From Chloroflexota bacterium (GTDB lineage: Bacteria > Chloroflexota > Dehalococcoidia > Lucifugimonadales > Lucifugimonadaceae): DNA of 26,058 nucleotides. The position numbers and the translations under genes are program-made. The stretch covers positions 1-26,058 of the forward strand of contig PBHC01000015.1 of the NCBI GenBank assembly GCA_002719295.1, read 5' to 3'. A model generated the notes under the pieces. The model was not told where the DNA came from. It saw only the letters and a program-made list of their open reading frames with translations, and did no database searches. This document shows, piece by piece, positions 1 to 6,486 of the stretch; the first letter of the stretch is position 1, and every line of letters begins with the position of its first letter.

Positions 1-1
1 A

Positions 2-440
2 CCTGGAATGGGTGCACCTGGAATGGGAGCACCTGGAATGGGTAACCCTGCTGCTGGAATGCCTGGAATGGGTGATCCTGCTGCTGGAGCTACGCCTGGA
101 ATGGGAGCACCTGGAATGGGTGATCCTGGAATGGGTAACCCTGCTGCTGGAATGCCTGGAATGGGTGATCCTGGAATGGGTAACCCTGCTGCTGGAATGC
201 CTGGAATGGGTGATCCTGCTGCTGGAGCTACACCTGGTGGAGATGTGGCACCTCCTCCTGGTAACCCTGCTGCTGGAATGCCTGGTGGAGATATGGCACC
301 TCCTCCTAATAACCCTGCTCCTGGTGGAGATATGGCACCTCCTCCTGCAGATACATATACACCACCTGCGGATACATATACCCCGCCTCCACCTGAGCCA
401 GTTTATGAGGCCCCGCCTCCACCTGAGCCAGTTTATGAGG
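2..440 (+). repeat. Nested coding tandem repeats (cctggaatggg core; cctggtggagat[g/a]tggcacctcctcct; ccgcctccacctgagccagtttatgaggc)
   Basis: Read directly from the sequence. All unit lengths are multiples of 3. Confidence 0.9.
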
Positions 441-526
441 CACCACCGCCTCCACCGGAGCCGGCTTATAGTCCTCCGCCTCCTAGCGCGCCACCGCCAG
501 GACCACCGCCTCCTATGTTCCCATAA
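2..526 (+). CDS. 5'-truncated Pro/Gly/Met-rich low-complexity repeat protein (C-terminal part only)
   Basis: Frame +2 is open from the window edge to TAA at 524-526. It encodes 10 PGMG units, then PGGD(V/M)APPP x3, ADTYTPP x2 and PPPEP(V/A)Y x3. Synonymous third-position variation between repeats (ggt/gga, acg/aca) supports this frame. Confidence 0.75.
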   Translation, partial: PGMGAPGMGAPGMGNPAAGMPGMGDPAAGATPGMGAPGMGDPGMGNPAAGMPGMGDPGMGNPAAGMPGMGDPAAGATPGGDVAPPPGNPAAGMPGGDMAPPPNNPAPGGDMAPPPADTYTPPADTYTPPPPEPVYEAPPPPEPVYEAPPPPPEPAYSPPPPSAPPPGPPPPMFP

Positions 527-552
527 GGATGCGCTAATAGAACAAAATAAGT

Positions 553-592
553 AATAATAACCTTGAGAAAATTTCTCAAGGTTATTATTTTT
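553..592 (+). terminator. Perfect 18-bp inverted repeat followed by T residues; probable intrinsic terminator, possibly bidirectional
   Basis: aataataaccttgagaaa (553-570), a (571), tttctcaaggttattatt (572-589), then ttt. It starts 26 nt after the stop codon of the repeat protein. Confidence 0.6.
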
Positions 593-599
593 AAAACAT

Positions 600-1373
600 A
601 TGAAAAAAACTTTATTACTAATTTTTTTAATTCTGATTTACAGCTGTGGAAAAGAAGAAGAACCAATTACAATACCAGAAACAGTTAAGATCATTGAAAC
701 TGTAACTGTAGAAGTAACTAAAGTAGTAGAAAAAGAAAAAATAGTTTACTTAGATGCTACTTATAATCCAGAGCCAACTTGGACTCCTACTCCAGTACCT
801 TTATCCATGCCAACTTGGACTCCTACTCCAGTACCTTTATCTGTCCCAACTTGGACCCCTACTCCCACTCCAATAGCTGATGCAACTTGGACTCCAACTC
901 CTACACCAAAGCCAGCTGCTACATGGACCCCAACACCTACACCTACTCCAACTCCAATCCTTTGGGAATATTTTCAAGATGGAGTCTTGGTAACTCCTAC
1001 TCCTACTCCAGCTGCTACATGGACTCCAACTCCTACACCAAAGCCAGCTGCTACATGGACCCCAACACCTACACCTACACCTTTGCCACCTGGAGATTTA
1101 GGTTATGAACTTGTCAGGCATACCTTCACAGTAAATCTTACAGATTTAGGACAAGTTACCACTGTAGGTGTACCAGCTTATATGTCTCCAATTGTTGATT
1201 CAAATAGAAATGATGACTTATTGGATGAAATTGCTATTAAAACTGATCCACAAAACTATACTATTCTAAAAGTTTCTCAAAATAGAAACTCTATTTCGGA
1301 AATAACTTTTGTATCAATAACTCCAACGGGAAATACAACAATATCTTTTGATTTTTATACTACTAAGAAATAA
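600..1373 (+). CDS. Putative lipoprotein with Pro/Thr-rich (WTPTPTP) stalk and small beta-rich C-terminal domain
   Basis: MKK, a hydrophobic stretch and a lipobox-like IYS-C16. Seven TWTPTP units follow. The C-terminal ~90 aa are non-repetitive. Confidence 0.8.
   Translation: MKKTLLLIFLILIYSCGKEEEPITIPETVKIIETVTVEVTKVVEKEKIVYLDATYNPEPTWTPTPVPLSMPTWTPTPVPLSVPTWTPTPTPIADATWTPTPTPKPAATWTPTPTPTPTPILWEYFQDGVLVTPTPTPAATWTPTPTPKPAATWTPTPTPTPLPPGDLGYELVRHTFTVNLTDLGQVTTVGVPAYMSPIVDSNRNDDLLDEIAIKTDPQNYTILKVSQNRNSISEITFVSITPTGNTTISFDFYTTKK
773..1078 (+). repeat. Internal duplications in the lipoprotein gene: 36-bp-period repeat (773-805/809-841) and exact 59-bp direct repeat (888-946/1020-1078)
   Basis: Direct base comparison. 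Confidence 0.85.
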
Positions 1374-2129
1374 CTAATTTTCAACTTTAGCTAGAAATTC
1401 ATTAAACTCATTAAATCCATAATTTATCCAGTCTAAGGCTCCAGATAAGAAAAATCTAGCTCCAGTTTGCATTGCCCACTCATAACTACCTATATTTGCT
1501 ACCGTACCCGCAACTCTTCCTTTTTTAGTTATTCTATGAATTGTTTCTTGAACTAATTTATCTACCTCTGGATGATTTTGTTCTCCAATATGGCCAAGTT
1601 CCTGAGAAAGATCTCCTGGTCCTACAAAAAAAACATCTATATTATCTACCTCTAAAATTTCATCTAAATTTTCTATAGCTTCTAAATCTTCAATAAAGAC
1701 CAAAACAAAGGTTTCATCATTAGCTTTTCTAAAATAATTATCTACACCTATCCCTTGTCTGCTAGTGAACATGCCTCTTTGACCTATAGGTGCAAATTTT
1801 GCAGCTTTTACAACTAATTCAGCATCTGCTTTAGTTTTCACATGAGGGACAGCAACTCCTTGTGCTCCCAAATCAAATGCGTGGTAAATAAGCTGATATT
1901 CAGGCCTTGGAACTCTAACTATAGAGGTTGCATTGATAAGATCTGATGCTCTTGTCAAATCACCTATATTTTGAGGATTTACAATAAAATGTTCTCCTTC
2001 AAACCAGAAACAGTGAGGATCATTTGGGGCAAATTGCTCTACTGTATCAGCGTCATTTAAATTTTCTATTGCAATTACGTGTTTACCATCTCTTAATCTT
2101 TGCTTTATTCTGTTCTTTCTAATTTCCAT
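1374..2129 (-). CDS. HpcH/HpaI aldolase/citrate lyase family protein (class II pyruvate aldolase fold)
   Basis: Motifs EGEH, IVRVP, FDLGAQGVAVPHV, KFAPIGQRG, FIED and VGPGDLSQELG. Confidence 0.9.
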   Translation of the reverse strand: MEIRKNRIKQRLRDGKHVIAIENLNDADTVEQFAPNDPHCFWFEGEHFIVNPQNIGDLTRASDLINATSIVRVPRPEYQLIYHAFDLGAQGVAVPHVKTKADAELVVKAAKFAPIGQRGMFTSRQGIGVDNYFRKANDETFVLVFIEDLEAIENLDEILEVDNIDVFFVGPGDLSQELGHIGEQNHPEVDKLVQETIHRITKKGRVAGTVANIGSYEWAMQTGARFFLSGALDWINYGFNEFNEFLAKVEN

Positions 2130-2890
2130 TATTTTACATTCTTTCTAGCAAATTCTTGATACTTTTGAAATCCTTCAGACATATAGGGCCTAGGATCACA
2201 TAGGAAAAACCTAGCGCCATTATCATATTGATGTTTAACATTATCTTTATTAGCAATAGCACCTGTAATTTTTCCTCTTTTTGTTATTCTTCTCATTGTT
2301 TCATCAACTACTTTTTGAACATCTGGATGGTTTGCTTGACCTGGAAGCCCCATTGATTGGGCCAAATCTCCTGATGGAACCATAAATACATCAATATAGT
2401 CAACATCAAGGATAGAGTCTAAATTTTCTACTGCAATAATATCTTCTAAAAGAACGATTAACATTGTTTGATCATTAGCTAAATCATGATAATTTTCTAT
2501 TCCAATGCCTTGCCTACTGGTGAAAGATCCTCTTTTGCCTAATGGATAAAATTTCCCTCCTTCAACAACGTTTTCAGCTTCTTCTTTATTATTTACGTGT
2601 GGAACAACTATTCCTAATGCTCCTAAGTCTAATGTTCTATAAATAACTCCTTGATCATTTTGATTAATCCTTACTATTGGAGTTGCTCCTATAATGTCAC
2701 AGGCTCTTGTAAAATTTGAGATATTTGGAGGATCAACATTTCCATGCTCTCCTTCCAAGAAAACTCCATGAGGCTTCAAAGGCCCTAATCTTTCAATATG
2801 ATCTGGACCAGAATATCCCCAAGCAGCAATACATGAAACAGCTTTTCCCTGATAAAGCCTTTCTTTTGAAATATTTCTTCTTATTTTCAT
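2129..2890 (-). CDS. HpcH/HpaI aldolase family protein, tandem paralog
   Basis: Motifs EGEHG, IVRIN, LDLGALGIVVPHV, KFYPLGKRG, LLED and PSGDLAQSMG. Start moved to ATG 2890 (MKIRRN), which matches the paralog's MEIRKN and removes the overlap with the SDR. Confidence 0.88.
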   Translation of the reverse strand: MKIRRNISKERLYQGKAVSCIAAWGYSGPDHIERLGPLKPHGVFLEGEHGNVDPPNISNFTRACDIIGATPIVRINQNDQGVIYRTLDLGALGIVVPHVNNKEEAENVVEGGKFYPLGKRGSFTSRQGIGIENYHDLANDQTMLIVLLEDIIAVENLDSILDVDYIDVFMVPSGDLAQSMGLPGQANHPDVQKVVDETMRRITKRGKITGAIANKDNVKHQYDNGARFFLCDPRPYMSEGFQKYQEFARKNVK

Positions 2891-2895
2891 AATAA

Positions 2896-3690
2896 TTAGT
2901 AGTAAACAGCTCCTTTCCATCCCCCTCCAGCCGGAATTGGTTCTCCATTTATTGATTTAGATATTGGTGACGACAAGAAAGCAACTATGTTAGCAATATC
3001 ATATGCAGTAATAACTGTATTTATTGAATTGTTAGACAACATCTTCTTTTTTGCATCATCAATTGAAATATTTTCTTTTTTTGATAATTCTTCAATTTTT
3101 TCATCACTTCTTTCTGTATAAGTTAGTCCCGGATGAATAACATTAACGTTTATACCGTATTCACCAAGGTTATCAGCAAGATTTTTTGTCAATGAGCTAA
3201 CAGAAATATTTCTCATGGATCCTATAAGATTTGCAGACGATCTGGCATTCATACCACTAATATTAATAATTCTTCCCCAACCATTTTTTTTCATTATTGG
3301 AGCTACACTTTTTGCACACCTAATATAACCTGCAACTTTAACTTCTATTTGTTCGAATAGTTTTTTATCATCAAAATTTTCTAAAGTACTATCCTCTGGA
3401 AGTGCAGCTGCGCAATTAACTAAAATATCAATTGTGCCAAAAGCTTTTTCAATATCTTTCACTGTTTTTTGAACTTCATTATTATTCTTAGTATCACATA
3501 TAAAATAATCAACTTTTACTTCTGGAGAAATATTTGAGATCTCATTTTTTGTTTGGAGCAACAAGTCTTCATTTCTAGCTAATAGAGCTATGTTTACTCC
3601 TTCTTTAGCTAAAGTTATTGCTGATGCTTTTCCTATTCCTCTATTAGAGCCTGTAATCAAAGCAACTTTTCCAGAAATTTGCAAATCCAT
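2896..3690 (-). CDS. Short-chain dehydrogenase/reductase, atypical (no YxxxK)
   Basis: TGSNRGIG Rossmann motif, DILVNCA, GWGRIINIS, INVNVIHPG, and C-terminal INGEPIPAGGG. Confidence 0.9.
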   Translation of the reverse strand: MDLQISGKVALITGSNRGIGKASAITLAKEGVNIALLARNEDLLLQTKNEISNISPEVKVDYFICDTKNNNEVQKTVKDIEKAFGTIDILVNCAAALPEDSTLENFDDKKLFEQIEVKVAGYIRCAKSVAPIMKKNGWGRIINISGMNARSSANLIGSMRNISVSSLTKNLADNLGEYGINVNVIHPGLTYTERSDEKIEELSKKENISIDDAKKKMLSNNSINTVITAYDIANIVAFLSSPISKSINGEPIPAGGGWKGAVYY

Positions 3691-3704
3691 ATTTTATAAT
3701 CCCT

Positions 3705-4526
3705 TTAGTTTTTATTTATAATTCCAGCCTTAATATTTAGGCTTCCAGATCTAAATCCTTTATTTTCTAATTCAATTTCTTTATATCCATATTTTAATAA
3801 TTCTTTAGATATTTCATTATATTTACTCTTAAATTTATTAAAATCATCTTTAGGGATTTCTATTAATGCTTTTGATTCATAATGCCTTACTCGAACTATC
3901 TTAAATCCTAATGATCTTAAATATTTTTCAGATTTTGATACCATAAGAAGTGCTTCAATAGTCACTTTGGTTCCATAAGGCAGTCTAGATGAAAGACATG
4001 GAGATGCTGGGCGATCCCAAGTTTCTAAATTTCTTTTACTAGCAAATTTTCTTATATCTTCTTTTGTAAAATCATTTTCAATTAATGGTGATCTAACTTT
4101 ATGAAGATTAGCTGCTTTCATTCCAGGTCGATAATCACCTTTATCATCTAAATTCGAACCATTTACCACCCATTCAAAATCTAGATCATCGGAAATTTCA
4201 ACTAGAGTACTATAAAGTTCATTTTTACAAAAGAAACATCTATTTACATCATTCTTAACGTAATTTTCATCTTCCATTTCTTTTGTTTCAACTATTTTAT
4301 AATTCCATCCTTTGGATTTTGCTAGCTTTATAGCATCATCTCTGTCATCTTGCGCAACACTAGGTGAAAATGACATAACTGCTAACGCATTTTTGCCTAA
4401 GGTTTCGTTTGCAACATCCATTAAATAAGATGAATCTACACCTCCAGAATATGCAACTATTACACTTTTCATTTCAAAAAGTGTTTTTTTCAACTTGTCT
4501 TCTAAATTAGAAATTTTTGTAATCAT
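3705..4526 (-). CDS. larE: ATP-dependent sulfur transferase LarE (nickel-pincer cofactor biosynthesis), CxxC...C type
   Basis: PP-loop SGGVDS, RCFFCK, GSNLDD..DYRPG, SPL, PASPCLSSRLPYG, VRVRH and GFRSGSLN are the LarE-family signature motifs. Confidence 0.9.
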   Translation of the reverse strand: MITKISNLEDKLKKTLFEMKSVIVAYSGGVDSSYLMDVANETLGKNALAVMSFSPSVAQDDRDDAIKLAKSKGWNYKIVETKEMEDENYVKNDVNRCFFCKNELYSTLVEISDDLDFEWVVNGSNLDDKGDYRPGMKAANLHKVRSPLIENDFTKEDIRKFASKRNLETWDRPASPCLSSRLPYGTKVTIEALLMVSKSEKYLRSLGFKIVRVRHYESKALIEIPKDDFNKFKSKYNEISKELLKYGYKEIELENKGFRSGSLNIKAGIINKN

Positions 4527-4680
4527 TTAGCAGAATATTAGCGAATTTTTTAAATTATTTCATTCAATAAAGTTATATTTTGGATGTTATTTTAATGGGA
4601 TTATGATAAATATATAGAAATTTACATAATAAATCAGGAGTTTATTGTAAGTTTCAGATATTGAGAAGAAGAGGAATAAG
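4527..4680. promoter_or_regulatory. Divergent intergenic promoter region (larE / DUF362) with bulged inverted repeat at 4622-4650
   Basis: 154-nt AT-rich gap between divergent starts. It contains ttaca-(ta)-ataaa tcaggag tttat-tgtaa. An SD-like gagga lies just upstream of ATG 4681. Confidence 0.5.
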
Positions 4681-6183
4681 ATGGAAAAACCTAATGTATA
4701 TTTTATGGATGCTAGGAGTGAATCACCTGACACTAGCTTGATTAACAAAACTGTGACAGTTTTCGAGGCTGCAGGTTTTGACAAAATGATAAATGAAGGT
4801 GATGTCGTCGCTATCAAAATGCATTGTGGCGAATTAGGATCTAGTGCTTATATTAGACCTGCATATGTTAGAGCAATTGCAGATAAAATAAAGCAACTAG
4901 GTGGAAGGCCATTCGCATGCGACACAACAACTCAAACTTATGGAACATGGGGATCAAGAGTTACTGAGTTAGATTTAATTGAAACCGCTGAAAGAAATGG
5001 ATTCTCATCAGCAACTCTGGGGTGCCCTTTTATATCTGCAGATGGATATGTTGGAACAAGTGATTACAGGGTTGATGTGCCTGAAGGTTACTTATTGAAG
5101 GAGGCATATATAGCTCAAGCTATTGCAGCAGCAGATAAAGTAATAGTATTAACTCACTTTAAGGGACATGGGATGGGTGTAATAGGTGGTGCTTTAAAAA
5201 ATCTTGGAATTGGATGTCAATCAAAAAGGGGTAAATTCAACGTTCACATGGGGCGTCATCCAGAATATGGAATTGGAGATTCAACCGTTTTTCATCCAGA
5301 AAATTTTAAAGGAAAAGAAGCTGATCCTGATTGGGAATTATTAGAAAATTGTTGCCCATTGGGATTATTTCAAGTAACTGATGACGATAAATTATTATGG
5401 GAAAGAGAAAAATGTATTAATTGCTTAGGTTGTGGGAGCTGGATGAATCCTAGAGGAATCTTTGAGCCTAATTTAGCAAACTTTGATGCTACTGATATTG
5501 CTATTGCTGACGCAGCTTTAGGTGTAATAAAAGCAGTAGGGAAAGAAAATATAGGTTTTATAAATGTAGCAGTTGATGTCTCTCCAAAATGTGATTGTGC
5601 AGGTTTCTCTGATCTTCCTTTAGTTCCTCACTTAGGAGTTTTTGCATCTAAAGACCCTGTTGCTATAGATCAAGCTTGTGTTAACGCTGCTATGCATGCA
5701 CCTGGAACACCTGGATCTCTTGCAGAAGAAATGGGAATTGACGCACCAGGAGAAAGAAAATTTGATTTGGGCGGAGGAGCAATTGAAGGATTAAGTGAAC
5801 AAACAACAATAAATACTGCAGTAGTAAATGGTTTGGGAAGTAGAGATCATGAAATAGTTCATGCTCAACCGCTAGGGAGAGATAGATTTGCATTCCCACC
5901 TGATCCAAGACCAACTAAAGTTAGATTTGCAAAAATGTTTGAAAAATTTCAACCTTTTCCATTTGATAGACATGATGGACGTGGTTACAAAAGACTTGAT
6001 AAAGTAGATATTGATGCAGTGAAGGGTGACAACATAACGGTAGATCCTCATTCACATCAAGATGCTGCTTATCATGGAGATGGAGGATGGCATCCTGGAG
6101 ACGATGACCCTAGTTATCACCCTAAGGATAATGGTTCAAATAATGGTAAGTCATCTAAAGATTCAAAAGTAAAAAAAGATTAA
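4681..6183 (+). CDS. DUF362 domain Fe-S protein with ferredoxin-like insert and His/Asp-rich tail; candidate NPN-dependent epimerase/racemase
   Basis: DUF362 motifs VAIKMHCGE, GGRPFACDT, THFKGH..GGALKNLGIG, SPKCDC and ASKDPVAIDQA. The insert has CCP...CINCLGC. Confidence 0.85.
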   Translation: MEKPNVYFMDARSESPDTSLINKTVTVFEAAGFDKMINEGDVVAIKMHCGELGSSAYIRPAYVRAIADKIKQLGGRPFACDTTTQTYGTWGSRVTELDLIETAERNGFSSATLGCPFISADGYVGTSDYRVDVPEGYLLKEAYIAQAIAAADKVIVLTHFKGHGMGVIGGALKNLGIGCQSKRGKFNVHMGRHPEYGIGDSTVFHPENFKGKEADPDWELLENCCPLGLFQVTDDDKLLWEREKCINCLGCGSWMNPRGIFEPNLANFDATDIAIADAALGVIKAVGKENIGFINVAVDVSPKCDCAGFSDLPLVPHLGVFASKDPVAIDQACVNAAMHAPGTPGSLAEEMGIDAPGERKFDLGGGAIEGLSEQTTINTAVVNGLGSRDHEIVHAQPLGRDRFAFPPDPRPTKVRFAKMFEKFQPFPFDRHDGRGYKRLDKVDIDAVKGDNITVDPHSHQDAAYHGDGGWHPGDDDPSYHPKDNGSNNGKSSKDSKVKKD

Positions 6184-6201
6184 AAATCATAGGAGAAAAA
6201 A

Positions 6202-6486
6202 ATGGGAAGAGCTCAAGATTTGTTAGAAAAAGCAATGCAAAATATTAAAGAATTATCTAATAATGTAGACTTCTCAGAAAGATGTAATGACGGGCTAAGT
6301 AGGTTAGATGTACAAAAAGACAAATTCTTTTTTCAGTCTTTAGCAGGACTGCCTTCAGCAAATAAGTTATTCAAGGCTACTGAAAAAATGATTTCAGATC
6401 CAAATGATACAAATATGAATGAAATTGAAACTGTCATTCAAGAAATAGACGATAAAGCTGATGCTCCAGGCACAGTCTTAACCTAG
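6202..6486 (+). CDS. Hypothetical protein (94 aa, acidic, probably helical)
   Basis: Strong SD aggag at 6190-6194. It fills the gap between flanking genes, and its TAG overlaps the GTG of the next gene. Confidence 0.75.
   Translation: MGRAQDLLEKAMQNIKELSNNVDFSERCNDGLSRLDVQKDKFFFQSLAGLPSANKLFKATEKMISDPNDTNMNEIETVIQEIDDKADAPGTVLT

Noticed and set aside
2..440. Possible CRISPR array at the window start (also considered for 25995-26058)
   Set aside because: No unique spacers. Units are codon multiples and encode peptide repeats.
12..554. 180-aa ORF (HLEWEHLEW...) overlapping the Pro-rich gene
   Set aside because: Shadow frame of a stop-poor repeat. Variation between repeats is synonymous in frame +2, not in this frame.
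466..666. 66-aa minus-strand ORF, and the 887-1108 alternative-frame ORF
   Set aside because: Both overlap better-supported genes and have no recognisable features.
2891..2920. ORF-track start of the second aldolase at 2920
   Set aside because: It overlaps the SDR 3' end. ATG 2890 aligns with the paralog's N-terminus.
3705..4526. QueC, TtcA, MnmA or NAD synthetase assignment for the PP-loop protein
   Set aside because: DYRPG, PCLSSR.PYG, VRVR and GFRSGS are LarE-specific motifs.
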